A DNA stretch of 64,000 nt. Source: Marsupella aquatica (taxonomy: Eukaryota; Plantae; Marchantiophyta). Under the pieces are notes generated by a model, which saw only the letters and a list, made by a program, of their open reading frames with translations, did no database searches and was not told the origin of the DNA. The number at the start of each line of letters is the position of its first letter. The stretch's first letter is position 1. Location of the stretch: NCBI GenBank assembly GCA_973895155.1, contig OZ316894.1, positions 4,426,944 through 4,490,943 on the forward strand, in the 5' to 3' direction. Made by a program: the position numbers and the translations under genes. Below, piece by piece: positions 12,037-25,147 of this stretch.

Positions 12037-15000
12037 ATGGCATCCAAGTTTGGAGATGTCAAGTTTGAGGTGGAAAAATATGATGGGCGCACAGATTATT
12101 TGCTATGGGAGAAGCAGGTTAAGGGAATTTTTGTGCTATGGGCCTAGATCATCTGCTATCGACTCAGGAGGAGTCTAGCAGTGAGGAGGAGATCCCGTTG
12201 AGGAAATGGAGGCAAGAGCAAGTGATTGCTGTGAATGCAGTTATGTTGTATCTGAAGCCGCATATCATTAAGAAGCTGGATGACTACGAGGATTGCGTAT
12301 CCTTATTCAAGGCCCTCAGAGACAAGTACTACCGAGAGGATGCCTCAGATCGGTTGTACAAGAAGTCTCTCTTGATGAGCTTGAGGCTAAAAGAAGGAGG
12401 CAAGCTTCGAGATCACTTGGATGAATTTGACAGCCAAGCTGTAGATTTGTCAAATCTTGGCAAGGGAGTGGAAGATGAAGATAAGACATTGTTTCTTCTC
12501 AGTTCCTTACCCCCATCGTATCAAGGTTTGAAGCAGGTTCTCTTGTATAGAGATCTCAAAACCATTTCATATGATGAGGTGGTAAGCTCTTTGTTGTCAG
12601 ATGATGCACAGAAGAAACTGGGTCATGCCCAGACACCATCTTCATCCGGCAATGCATTGAATGTGAACCGCGGGAGGACTCAACAGCGGATGACTGGTGA
12701 AAACAGGTCCTTTTCACAAACGTACCCCTCACAGAATAGAGGCAAGGAGAAGGCTCGGTCTAAGTCAAGATCCAGGTCTAGAGAGAAATCTCTAGAAAGA
12801 AAATCAATTATATGCTGGAAATGTAACAAGCCTGGCCACATGAAATGAGACTGTCGAGTCAAGCAAACTCATTAACCATCAGCGAACGCAGCCACTGATG
12901 TTGATATGATTGACTTGCTTGATGATGAAATCTTGTGAAGTCCAGATGTTGCCTTTTGTATTTCATCAAGTAACGACGGTGATGAATGAATTTTAGATTA
13001 TGCTTGTACCTATCATATTTGTTGTATGAAAGAGTTTTTTACTTCTTACTCAGTATCAACCGGTTCCGTGTTGATGGGGAATGATCATCCTTGTCAAATT
13101 GTTGGAATTGGATCCGTGAAAATTTGGATGTTTGATGGAGATGTGCGAACAGTGAGTAATGTCAGACACATACCTGACATGAAAAAGAACTTGATTTCTC
13201 TTGGAATGCTGGAAGCAAATGGATGTCGGTGGAGTTCTGCTGATGGTATTCTTCAAGTGTCAACCGGAGGCAAGGTTGTCATGAAGGGTAAGCGGCACAG
13301 GAATCTATATTTGTTGGAGGGCAATGTGATTTGTGAAGAAGTCAATGTAACTAGATCTCAAGGCGAGATGACTCAGTTATGGCACTGCAAATTGGGACAC
13401 ATGAGTGAAAAGGGTTTGGCGGTACTTCGCAGGAAAGGACTTCTTTCTAATTTGGAATCTACTAAGCAAGATTTTTGTGAACACTGTGTGCTTGGGAAGT
13501 AGCACAGGAGAACCTTTGGTGTTGGAACTCACAACACCAAAGCTATACTTGAGTATGTACATAGTGATGTGTGGGGTCCAGCCCCAACTCCCTCACTTTC
13601 TGGAAAATTGTACTATGTCATGTTCATTGATGATTACTCACGGTATGTATGGATCACATTTCTACACGCCAAGTCTGAAGTTTTTGGCACTTTTAAGAAG
13701 TGGAAAGCCCAAATTGAGAATCAGACTGGATCCAAGATGAGATATCTGCGATCACATAACGGCGGGGAGTACAGTTCAAATGAATTTGAACTATATTGTG
13801 TAGAGCAAGGGATTACTCGTCATCTCATGACAGTTTATACTCCTCAACAGAATGGTGTTTGTGAGCGGCTAAACCGAACACTATTGGAGCGATCGAGGAG
13901 TATGTTGAGCCAATCAGGTTTACCGCATGAATTTTGGGCTGAAGCTATAAATACGGCAGCTTATTTGGTAAATCTCACACCTAAGCAGAATCGATCTAAA
14001 CTAGATTTTACTTCCAAGAAGTGTCTTTTTCTTGGTTATCAACCAGGTATGAAAGGTTACAGGCTATGGGATCCAGAAGCTTGTACGTTGCTTGGCAATA
14101 GAGATGTATCCTTTAATGAATCCAGATCATCAAAGGAGGGGGAGAATGCTCAGGTTTCCCGTACTGACAAAGGTAAATCTCCTATCCTGGACCATGTTGT
14201 GGGGGAGATTGGTCATGACAGTTTTCATGACATAAATGAAGGAGGTGCTCTGAGAATGGAGCTGGTTCCAGTATTGGAACAAGAGGAGTAAGTTGTTGTT
14301 GGAATACCTCAAATTCAACCAACAGAACAAGATCAACCAGAATCATCAGCTAGAAAATCAAGACGTACTACTCGAGCTCCTACAAGGTATGGACAATGGA
14401 CAGATTCATCAAGGTTAGATGATGTTGACATTGCACCTGAAGATGATGATAGAGCACTGATCTTGGAAGAAGAAGAACCTTCTTCTTATCATGAGGCGTG
14501 CATTTCAGACGAGAAAGATGAATGGAATGCAGCAATGCAGAGGGAGTTGCAATCTTTAAGTGACAACAGAACATGGGAGCTGGTGCAACTGCCAAGTGAT
14601 CAACAAGTGGTGGATAGCAAGTGGATTTACAAGCTGAAGGACAACTCTTCAGATGGAGAAGACAAGATATACAAGGCAAGGCTTGTTGCCAAGGGATTCA
14701 CTCAAGAGAAGGGAGTGGATTACAATGAAGTCTTCTCTCCAGTTGCCAAGTATTCCATGATACAAATTTTGTGTTAACTTGTTGTGTTTTTTGATCTGGT
14801 GTTAGATCAAATGGATGTTGTTACTGCTTTTCTCTATGGCACCTTGGAAGAACAAATTTTCATGAGGCAACCACTGGGCTTTGTGAAGAAGGGCCAAGAG
14901 AGTTTAGTTTGCAGGTTGCTTAAGCCCTTGTATGGATTGAAGCAAGCTCCTCGACAGTGGAACAAGCGGTTTGATGATTTCATGCTTGCACAAGGATTCA

Positions 15001-16061
15001 CTAGGATGATGTATGACCCTTGTGTGTATACAAAATCAGTCAAGAATGGTGTGTTTGGTTTGCTCATTCTGGTGCTCTATGTGGATGACATGTTGATTGC
15101 GGCTAAGGATCAAACTGAGGTTGACAAACTCAAAGAAAAATTGAGTTCTGAATTCTGAATGAAGGATCTTGGGAAAGCCAAGATGATCTTAGGTATGGAG
15201 ATTACGAGGAACTTTGAAATTGGACAATTGTGGCTGAATCAAGGCAAGTATGCTGAAAAGGTACTTGCAAGATTCAACATGGAAAATTGTAAGCCAGTAA
15301 GTATTCCTTTGGCTCCACATTTCAAGTTATCATCGGCTTTCTGCCCCACGGATCCAGTGGAGAGAGGCTTGATGACTAAGGTTCCTTATGAGAAGGCAGT
15401 GGGCAGTCTAATGTATTTGATGACATGTACCAGGCCTGATCTAGCCCTAGCAATGGGCAAAGTGAGTAGATTCATTTCAAATCCAGGGAAGGTACATTGG
15501 GAGGCTACGAAATAGATTCTCAGGTATCTTAAGGGCACAATAGACTATGGTCTGTTGTTTGATAGTAAATCAAACAAAACCAAATCTTTGGTTAGCTATG
15601 TAGATTCTGACTACGGAGGCTGTCTGGAAACAAGGAGGTCAACGACTGGGTATGTGTTTACTCTTGGAGGAGGATGCATAAGTTGGAGATCTACCTTGCA
15701 GAAGTGTGTATCTCAGTCTACTACAGAAGCAGAATATGTTGCAGCAGCAGAAGCAGCAAAGGAAGCAATTTGGTTGGATAAGCTGGTCACTGAGATGGGA
15801 TTGGAACATGGAAAAATGGCTCTTCATTGTGACAGCCAGAGTGCGCTTCACCTAGCTATTAACCAGGTGATGGATAGCAGGGTGAAGCACATTGACATCA
15901 CGTACCATTTTATTAGGCAAGCAGTGTCTGATAAAATGTTTGAGCTAGTCAAGATTGATGGAAAACTCAACCCGGCTGATGCTTTTACCAAAGTGATTCC
16001 TTTGGAGAGTTCCTCAAGACACCGTGCTACTTTGCAGATTTTGCATTTGCAGCACAAGTAG
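12037..16061 (+). pseudogene. Copia gag-pol polyprotein pseudogene
   Basis: CWKCNKPGH zinc knuckle, WHCKLGH...CEHC, FIDDYSR/PQQNGVCER integrase, YKARLVAKG...LYVDD RT, DSDYGG...EAEY RNase H. Broken by at least 7 stops and 2 frameshifts. Confidence 0.95.
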
Positions 16062-16265
16062 AGTAACTTAACAAGATGTGATTTCTGTATATGAGTTACT
16101 CAATCCTGTTATGGCTACGACTTAATTCTAGTTAACTCTTAGTTAACCTTAAATGGTTTTTAGGGGGACACCTATGGTTTTAGGTGATTGTCTAGAATTT
16201 CCCGCTGAGTATCTCATATGGATAGCAGAAATGGCAGTCCCCAAGACTAGAGTCAAGGGGGAGTT

Positions 16266-16599
16266 TGTTAAGGATTGCTCTTAGTCTTGTGACTCAAAGG
16301 TTACGGCACTTAGGCTAACCACAGTTAGGGTCTTAGCTGAGGTTAGGTTAGTTGTGTGTGTGACCTTGTATATACCAGGGCTAGTGTAAGTCGCTGGTGG
16401 GGGGTGCTTACTGATTGTAACAGAGCAACAGGAGGAAGAGAGAGTGCATGTGTGTTCGTCTACTCTTGAAGTAAAGCTTGAGTGTTCGTGTGGACGTAGC
16501 CTTGGAGAAAAGGTGAACCACGTAGAGATTGTGTCGACTACGTGTGCATGGAATGAATCATGGTTGTATGGTCGTTGCAAATGACATCTTAGTTCAACA
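16266..16599 (+). repeat. 3' LTR (334 bp)
   Basis: Direct repeat of 9967-10300, preceded by the PPT. Confidence 0.97.
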
Positions 16600-17264
16600 A
16601 TTTCCAACTTGGACTACAATAAACCAATCCCTTCTACACGGAAACTAAATTTGCAATCGTGTGCCATTAGGTCAATTCAATTTGGAAACCAGGAGAGAAT
16701 ATGGACACATGATTACCAGACATATTCCCAAGCTGCAATGCGCTCCAACAATCACGGCAACTAGGCTTGGATACAAGAACGTGATTAGACAAGTCCAACC
16801 TTGTCAATTTCTAATTAAACCTGAAGAGAATATGGACACAATTTGGCTCAGATGGAGTTCTCAATCAAGGGAAATTCAGTTGTCGCTACATTACACAAGT
16901 AATTGGATGACGGAGAGAAGGATGTCTTGTGAAGCAAAGCTGCAATGCAATGTACAGAAAGATGGAGCACAACTCTACAACGTGACCAGCAAACAACAAT
17001 CACGTTAATTGAACGACATGAAGGAAGTGTTGAGAAGAATGAACGAATGAAAAAAATTCCAAAGTAGTTATTATGAAATAGTTATGCAACTTGTTACTTT
17101 TTCACTAGGTAAACACTGACATATCTATTTTTGGTGGAATGAATTATTTGTTCCAATCAAAATTTGGAAGGAATTTTTATTTGGGCCAAAATTAAAATTG
17201 TAACTAAAGCGGTTACAAGTGTAAATAAACGTAATATATTTCTGTGTAATTTTGTTTCTTTTCC

Positions 17265-17437
17265 ATCCTATTTTGACGGCATGGCGACCCTATTTTTATG
17301 CACAAAGTGTTGCAAACAGGATCCGGGCGGTTATTTTCTTTTACAAAACCAATCCGTACGTGTTTGCGGCACGTCTCGATGACATGGCGCGCTGTGGAGT
17401 CTCAACTTCTGGAAGGGACATCTAGTGGGGTCCGTAA
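17265..17437 (+). repeat. Dispersed repeat, second copy at about 38150-38318
   Basis: aaaccaatccgtac.tgtttgc.gc...tctcgatgac.tggcg.gctgtggagtctcaa.tt.tggaagggac.tctagtggggtccgtaa is shared by both copies. Confidence 0.8.
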
Positions 17438-18242
17438 CTAATCAACAAACTAAATAACTCTCAAATTTAATTTGGTGATAGGCAATATAATGTCCAACAG
17501 CCAGAGAGATTAAGGGTGCCATCGATCTCAAGAAATTAAACAAATTAAAGTTGTCACTACTTGTCTGTTGGGAAGCCAATTAGGGGACCAAAACAAAAAC
17601 AAAGGAAAGGGTGGGATCGGGGGTGGGATGGTGACCTCTAGGAAATTGGGGATCATCATTATATACCTTTTGAGCAATTGAAGGGCTGGGGTGTATTGAG
17701 AAATTTAAAGGAATTAATTTACTATGAGTTACTTTTTGTTCGGGTTTTTGTTATTGGGGAGTTTGAACGTGTGTATTTAGTTACTTGAAAAAACTAGAAA
17801 ATGTGTTAGGAATGTTAGAAATAAGAAGCCACGAAAAAAAATAATACATAATATTTTTGGTGACATTATCTTGTTGGGAGTTTCACCAAGTGTCATTTTT
17901 TAAATTAAAATGGTCAAAAAAAGGATTTAAAACAAAGAGGTATGTAAAGAATATGAGCATCCACTCTTCCATTGGCCAAGGATTGTACTTGCACAAGGAT
18001 CAAGATGTACTTCCACCTGTCCTTGCCACGGAAAGCAAGGTGTACTTCTACCTGTCCTTGCCTTGGAAAGCAAAACATAGAGATATATGCTTGATGGGCC
18101 CCATGTGAACCTTTCTTACCCGATGGGCCCCTAGGTAACTCTTTTTACCAAGTAAGACCCCTCTTAATGACCAGTACACCTGTTCTTGTGTGGTGCCTAC
18201 ACCTGTCCTTGTGTGGTGCCTACTATGTATGGTGACTCCAAG

Positions 18243-21200
18243 TGTGACACGGGTAACGTGTCACTTGACCGAACCCAGGTCGTAGATTAGGACTTATATG
18301 GTCATTTGGACCGTAGCCATAGCGTAGAATAGCACGTATAGCCGTCAGTTGCCATTATGATTAGATTAGGAGTAGGTTAAGATGACCGAATAATTACGAG
18401 TTCAGGAAAGGGATTATTACGCACGACCGAGGTACGGTGGTGGCAGCGGAGTAAAAATCAGTTAGAAGAATCACGCTTGGACCGAGGCGCCGACTTCAGC
18501 TCTTTATCAATGACCGAACGGCCTGGCCTTCTCACGCTCGGGCTCATCCTGGCACCTCCATAAGAGAGGAGCCGATGGCACTGCGGGCCATTTGCTCATG
18601 TCTACCTTTTTGGAATTCGCGGACGTTGCCATCCACTCGCCTTTCTGATTGAATCAAATCGACCTTTACGAGGAGATTATCGAGGGAGAAGAGCGGAATG
18701 TGGCAAGATTTAGTCGGGACGAGCGAGGCCTCCAAGAGAACAAGGACCAGCCGGGTGGGAATGCGGACTCAACGAACCGGACTATGAGGTTAGTATGACC
18801 CTCACAGCCTTGGGATTTTGGACCTTGTTTGGCGAGGTAGGTGCTAAGTTCTCCGAGACTTACTGGTACTCTTGTCCCGAGAAAGCCGCTTACGAATGAA
18901 GGTACTCGAAGCTGGTAACCAAGGTAGCACTGGTTAATTGCGAAAGGACAGCCATCACCAGGGATTCTAGCTACAACGAGCTGCGAGACTACATCACCGA
19001 ACTATATCTCAGCGAGGAAGGGCTTAGATCGGTAGCAGAGGCGATTCTTGAGGTCCCAGCGAAGTTCTTTAAGCTGAAAGGCAGCCAACGGCTTACTCCA
19101 GCGCAGTTCGACAAGATTCCGGGGTATCTAGACCAGCAGATCGCAGCCGAAAAGTGCCAAGAAGATATCAGCAGACAACGGGAAGCGGCGCGTAATCTTA
19201 CGTTCCTCGGGGAAAGCTCCAACGCCTTCAACTGGGATATGGCTACCCTGATACCACCAGTGCCTCAGCCGATGACCACTGGCGTACCACCGAGCCGGTC
19301 CCAAGTCCGTCCAGTGATCAACACTGAGTGTTCTTCGGGTTCCGAGTGAGTTAGTCCGCAACTCGAATAGCGTCCTCGTAAGCGGCCAAGGACTACAACG
19401 GCCCCCAAAGCAACAACGCGAACCAACACTGCGCCTGCACCTGCCCCGACAAACCCCCCGACCAACCAGACCCGACAACCCCCGGATAACCCAAAGTCCA
19501 ACCTGTTACAGGTAATCCGCATCCCCGAAGTAGTCTGGATCGCAATCAAGAAACTCGAGCATGCGGACTATCTTAAGGAGCATCAGTTGGAGCAGTTCGC
19601 TCACTTGCTATGGAGACCGTGCGCCGCCCCGCCGAAGGAGATTTGTGAGTTCATCTCCAATTTTGACACTGATGCGTCGACCACCAAGGTTTTGGGGCAG
19701 GCCTTATCACTCACAGAGCATCGGTTAACGCAAATCTTCTGCCTACCAACCGGGCCGGTGCCGGTTGAAATCTGAATTCGGGATAAGGAGTATACACCGC
19801 GGCACTTCAAACCCGAGGGTAAGACGGACAACGGATACAAGCAGGGGGCGTGCACCAACTTAACCTGTTTGGAGCGGCTTAACTTCATACGGACTACCCT
19901 ACACATGATTGAGCCACGATCCGAGATTTCCCTCTGCACGATCGTGCAGGTGGAACAGTACAAACGGCGAAATTGGGCCCAATTCTTCTACCAAAGATTC
20001 TCGGGGGAGCTAAAGCGGGCTCAGGGTGGTATGGCTATTGGAGGGAAGACTTACTTGGGAAGTCATATCGCCATTATCCTCGCCTGGTACAAGGCACGGC
20101 GGGAGGCCAGAGGAAAGAATATGGCCACCTCAGCCCCGACTAATTATGTCACCCCCGTCGAGGAGGAGGCAACCCCGAGCCGGAAGCCCCAACCAATACT
20201 CCACCACCTCCTCCTGTGGAAATTCCGCCGCCCCCTTCCGTTGAGCCTCCGCTACCCGCGGTACAACCACCCCAGTCCCTCCACCACCTGAAGAAACCTT
20301 CCCCTCCCCAGCACTGACTACGGAGGAGCTCGTTGCTCCACCCGAGGAACCACCGGTGCCCGAGAGGATGGAGGACTACCAAGTAGCCCCGGGGACCATG
20401 GCCTACGACCTGGTCCAGAAGTTTAGCCAGACTATGTCTGGGGAGCTGGCGACATACATCGGACAACAAGTCTCGGCGTACTTTCAGCCAGCCTTCTTCA
20501 TGTTAGAGCACCAACCACGGATCGTAAGCCGCTTGGAAGAAGAATTCATGGCGAAGGGGAATGAGATCGGGCGTCTCCAAATGTTGGTAGAGCACCTCGA
20601 GGAGGAGGCAACAACCCGCCGCGAGGAGTTAGTCCGCACCGTCGAACAGAGGGACGGACTAACCCAGGAGTTAAGCGGAGCGCAGGCCGAACTCAAGAAG
20701 CTGGACGACACCGTGCTTCAATTACGCTCAGAATCTTTGGCTTGGGTTACCAGCCTGACCGACCTCAACAAACAATTCCTGCAGGCAGCGCAGCAGGTGG
20801 CTAGTCTCTCCGCCGAACGAGATAAATTGCTAGCGCAGGACCAGGTCCATCGCGACTCCATCGACCAGCTCAACTTGGAGGTAGCGCGGCTCCAGACCGA
20901 GGCCGATGAAGCTGCAAACGAGGCGGAGGAAGCAGTACAGGACAACAAGGCTTTGCAGGACCGCGTTACCCTGCTCGTCCTCCAGCGGGGAAAACCAGGG
21001 CCCACCTCTGATCAAGGCGGCTCAAGGTCTCGCCCCGACAAGGGGACCAGCCCTGGTCCAACCACTGCACACATGTAAGGGTGGTTAGCGAAGGATAGAA
21101 GCAGGCGCCGCGCGAGGCGGTTAAGTCAGCGGCATCTTTTGGTGAGGTGTAACGACAGAATAGCTGTCATTAGGCGCCGATTAGCGACAATAGGAAGAAT

Positions 21201-22045
21201 TAGGGCCGGTCAATTAGGATCAGCCAACGTAGGATGGAGTCCATCAACGGACTAGAGTTTGTCAGTAGGCTTGGCCGCTGCCATCCCAGTCGGCACACTC
21301 GTAGTCGACGGTCAACCAGTCAGTGCAACGCAGCTAGTTAGTCAGTAGGTAGTATCCCAGAAGGTAGTATCCTCTGGTTCTCTTCCGCAATTGTAGTATT
21401 TAGGCTTCCCCTTCCGCTATGGAAGGGGGAGAAGGCTTAGTTATCTCAGCAGAAGAAAGGCGAGGCACGGGGAGTCCCGGCCTGAGTAGGGTCAGAGCGC
21501 ACCAAGGAGTGAGAGCCAGAGTCGAGCTTGCTGGGCAAGTACGAGGCAGGGCCTCGTAGAGACTAGGCATCGACTGCCGTTGGGCCTGCTGACCCCCTTT
21601 GAAGTCGAGTCAACCATGTAAACTGATGCTTTGCTGAGTAAATGTAGTCTTTTCCCTCTAATGTTTCTGAGAGTAACTGGTGTTATGTGTATGCTTTGTC
21701 TGGGCAAAGGCACCATTTTAAGGGACGTACCGGGTGCGGACTAATGGTAGGGATTGCCACTCATTGCATGTCACAAGGTCCTGTCACGTCGATGGCTTGA
21801 AAAGCCCCAAGCCGGGAGTTAGTCCGCGTCACTAACTGAGGGAATATTCCAGCGGTGGAAAACAAATATACCTATGACAAGTACGAATTAAACAAGTGTT
21901 ATACCAGTAAGTATATCGGCTTAGCCCGACTTAGGGCTATTAAAGGTCACTACACACCTCCTTGCCCGAACCCTCACCCCTACTGGTGGTCGAGGTCGCA
22001 CCATGACACTAAACTGGATCTAAGGCCCAGGTTAGGGGCGCGACA
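18243..22045 (+). mobile_element. 3.8-kb TG...CA element with 5-bp TSD (giant solo-LTR-like) containing a long decayed ORF
   Basis: Starts TGTGACACG and ends GGGGCGCGACA. Perfect TSD CCAAG at 18238-18242 and 22046-22050. It splits the left TIR of the MULE. I saw no internal LTR pair and no gag/pol motifs. Confidence 0.85.
18598..21078 (+). pseudogene. Decayed TE accessory protein: basic NLS-like region, EF...T.V.G...LT....I..LP domain, Pro-rich linker, coiled coil
   Basis: A near-continuous frame broken by a few stops and frameshifts links ORFs 19587-19775, 19869-20291 and 20356-21078 and extends upstream to just after a TATA-like cataagaga at ~18560. Confidence 0.6.
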
Positions 22046-23136
22046 CCAAGAAAACTGCACAGTTGAACCGTGCGATCAACCTTGCATGGTCGACCGAGAA
22101 ACCATGGAGATGATTCGGGAGAAACCGCGAAAAGCGACTGTCGCTGTCGAAACTATGATTTGAAGACAATATGCATTATGTCTTTGGATTCACTGGGTTA
22201 ATGCCTGAAGACTCAATGGATTATGTCTTCCCGTGTTTCAAGGTTTAGGGTTTAGGGTGTACCCCGACGCCTTTGGGTCTGTCTTCTTTGGAAATTGTTT
22301 GTATGCGTTACACAGGGGAGTATTACCATTTTTTGAGTGCATTTGTCAATCATTTGCCAATTTTTGTTGTGGCTGCAGTAGGCAAATTCCGAACATTGAA
22401 CTTGAATATTCTTTGTGGACATTTGGAGGTACCCCACACTGACATTGATAGTCGTGCATGAAAACATTGTGAAAACCCATGTGCGCAACATGAAAAACAT
22501 ACCTAATAACTACCCCACGATACGGTAAAAATTTGAACCCAAAGACATCATCCATTGTGTCTTCAGGCATTAACCCAGTGAATCCGAAGACATAATGTAT
22601 ATTGTCTTCAAATCGCAGTTTCGGCATCGGCAGTCGCTTTTCGCGGTTTTTCCTGAATCATCTCCGTGGTTTCTCGGTCCACCATGCAAGGTTGACCGCA
22701 CGGTTCAACTGTGCAGTTTGCTTGGAGTCACCATACATAGTAGGCACCACACAAGGACAGGTGTAGGCACCACACAAGAACATGTGTACTGGTCATTAAG
22801 AGGGGTCCTACTTGGTAAAAAAAGTTCCCTAGGGGCCCATCAGGTAAGAAAGGTTCACCAGGGGGCCCATCAAGCATATATCTCCAAGACATACTTCCAG
22901 GCTAGGATCTCTAAGATCTATGCTTGTGGGCAAAACAGGTAAACAATCAAAGAGGGTGCATTAGTGGCTCAGTCAATTGTGTGATCCAATGGTTCCCAAA
23001 AAATGTTACAATTAAATAAACAATCTAATGGTTGTGTATCACTCCGGCCCAAAGTTGTTTTTGTAAACAGACAAGGATGGAAAATGGCGGCCACATTAGA
23101 TATTATAGTTGTTAAATAGTTTATTATTGTACGGTA

Positions 23137-23560
23137 CTAGCTCATTGTCCGTGCATTGCAAATGATGACCTGGCATATATAAAAAGATGTCTACCCATAG
23201 AATATGTTATGACACAAAGATATTGTTGCACAAAAGATTGCATTGCATAAAAAGATGTACTTGGCTGGGAAAAGATATTGTTGATGATTGTAATTCCGGA
23301 TGCCATATGTTGTTGCATAAAATATGTGATTGTGGGAAAAATATCATAAATTGAATTTGCAAAACCAAGATAAGGTGGAGGAAAAAGTTTATATAACAGA
23401 AAATGTTGGGTGAAAGAGGTACTTGCACAAAGGATGTCATGGTTACGTTCAGAAGAGATTGTTGTGTTTAGGGTTACAGTGCATCAAAGACATTTCATAA
23501 AAGATGTGGTTGTGTATTTGAAATAATTATGTCATGAGGAAAAATATGTTGCTATCTAAA
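23137..23560 (-). mobile_element. Helitron 3' end
   Basis: The minus strand reads tgcaatgcacggacaatgagCTAG|T, the hairpin + CTAG|T terminus shared with 33037, 34639 and 44906. Upstream extent uncertain. Confidence 0.6.
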
Positions 23561-24027
23561 GAAATTGTAGAGGTCAATTATGCTAAAAGAGGTCAATTAA
23601 AGAGGTCAATTATGCTACGCACTTGGACTTAGGCTAATAAGAGGCTCTATCTGGGTTTTAAGAAGAAAATGTGGAAGATTGGCTCACTTGACACTCTCAT
23701 AATGATTTCAGTTTTTGTTGGTTACTATCTAAAGAAATTGTAGCCTACAAGAGTTCAAGAGCAAGGCAGCACTCAGGCATGGCCAATAAGAGGCTCTATT
23801 TGGGCTTTCAGAAGAGAATGTTGAAGATTGGCCCACTAATTGACACTCTCATAAACCATTTCAGTTTCTGTTGGTAGTCTTTGGCAAATGTTACAAACAA
23901 GATACTCGGGATTGACATAATTAGGTGGACCATGTTTGGACTAGGTGCAATTTTTTGGTGCAAAGTACAAAGTAAGGGCGTAAGAGGTGGCCTGGGAAGA
24001 TAGATAAACCCTAAATCCTCCCACCAC

Positions 24028-24760
24028 GTTCTCCTTTATCCCTGGCTTTCCTTTTTCCCAGAATTTTTTGTCTTCTTGCTTGGTTCCTTAATTCCAAGAA
24101 TTTTTTGGCACTGCAAAGCTAATCTCTGGCAAATATCACAAAGAGGATTCTCATTATGGTGCACTTTCTCCGTGATCCGTTTCCCCAGTTTTCTTTGTCT
24201 CTTGCTTTGGTTCCTTCCAAGAATTTTTTAGCATTGCAAAGCAGGATGGTCATGCTCAACTGACCATTTTCTCCTTGATCCCTTTTTCCAGTATTTTTTG
24301 TCTTCATGCATTGGTCCTTCCAAGGTTGTTTTCGCAATTGCAAAGGTAATATTTAGTAAATATCACAAAACAGGATACTCGTGATGGACCACTTTCTCCT
24401 TCATCCCTTTTTATCTTTTCTTCAGTGTTTTTTTTTGTCTTAGTTCGAGCTTTGGTCCCTTCCAAGATTTTGTTGGCATTGCAAAGTTAATCTTTGGCAA
24501 ATATCAGAAACAGGATACTCATGATGGACCACTTTCTCCTTCATCCCTTTAATTCCGTTTTGTAGTAAGTTGTTTCTTTCAATGTCTTAGTTCTTGTTTG
24601 GTTCCTTCTGAGATTGTTTTTGGCATTGCAAAGTTAATCTTTGGCAAATATCACAAACAGGTTACTCAGATGGACCACTTAGTTTATCTTTGATCCCTTT
24701 TTCCAGTATTTGTTGTCTGCTTGCTTTGATTCCTTCGAAGATTTGTTTGGGCTGCAAATT
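24028..24760. repeat. Degenerate tandem array, about 115-130-bp unit x~6
   Basis: Recurrent ttctccttgatccc...ttggttcctt.caag...ggcattgcaaag.taatct.tggcaaatatcaca..caggatactc units downstream of the dioxygenase gene. Confidence 0.85.
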
Positions 24761-25147
24761 TGGACTACATTTGTAACAGCACTATTGCACATGGACATTT
24801 GGAACAGGATCATTGCCAAAAATAACGGGAGTACTTATGACACTTCTTAATAATCTGTACACAGGTACCACTTATCCCCTAGTAGCTGGCTAGTGTACAG
24901 CGCCCCCTACCCCACCCACCCCTCCTCCCCTCCCAAGGTATAGAGTTTCCTTGGGCATAAGGGGCGATATAATATTATAGTAGTTGATGTGCTCCTGCTT
25001 CATTGCTATGTCCGCTCCTGATTCATTGCTGCACTGTTCTCACTTCCACTACAGTATTGGTTTGCAATACTGTTGTATCGAATTACTACCTCTGGCTCGA
25101 GTCATGACGTGAGAAGAAACTGCGGCAATGAGGCTCTTGAACATATA

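Larger units (their letters stand above)
9967..16599 (+). mobile_element. Full-length, defective Ty1/Copia LTR retrotransposon
   Basis: 334-bp LTRs (TG...CA) at 9967-10300 and 16266-16599 with 4 differences by my count. PBS TGGTATCATAGC (tRNA-iMet-like) at 10303-10314. PPT agagtcaagggggag before 16266. TSD ATTTT/ATTTC. Domain order gag-PR-INT-RT-RH. Confidence 0.97.
18080..22884. mobile_element. Mutator-like (MULE) foldback/MITE of about 1 kb, interrupted by a 3.8-kb insertion
   Basis: Long TIRs beginning GAGATATATGC: left arm 18080-18242 plus 22051-~22230, right arm ~22541-22884. 9-bp TSD CAAAACATA (18071-18079) / CAAGACATA (22885-22893). An empty-site homologue lies at ~30555-30575. Confidence 0.85.
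17795..23114 (-). mobile_element. Non-autonomous Helitron 5' portion (homologue of 30283-31490) carrying nested insertions
   Basis: 17795-18079 plus 22885-23114 is colinear with the reverse complement of 30283-31490, including the acaactataatatctaatg 5' motif. The 3' end was not located. Confidence 0.65.

Noticed and set aside
24028-24760. Regularly spaced repeats resembling a CRISPR array
   Set aside because: Whole units are repeated with no unique spacers, there are no cas genes, and the context is eukaryotic.
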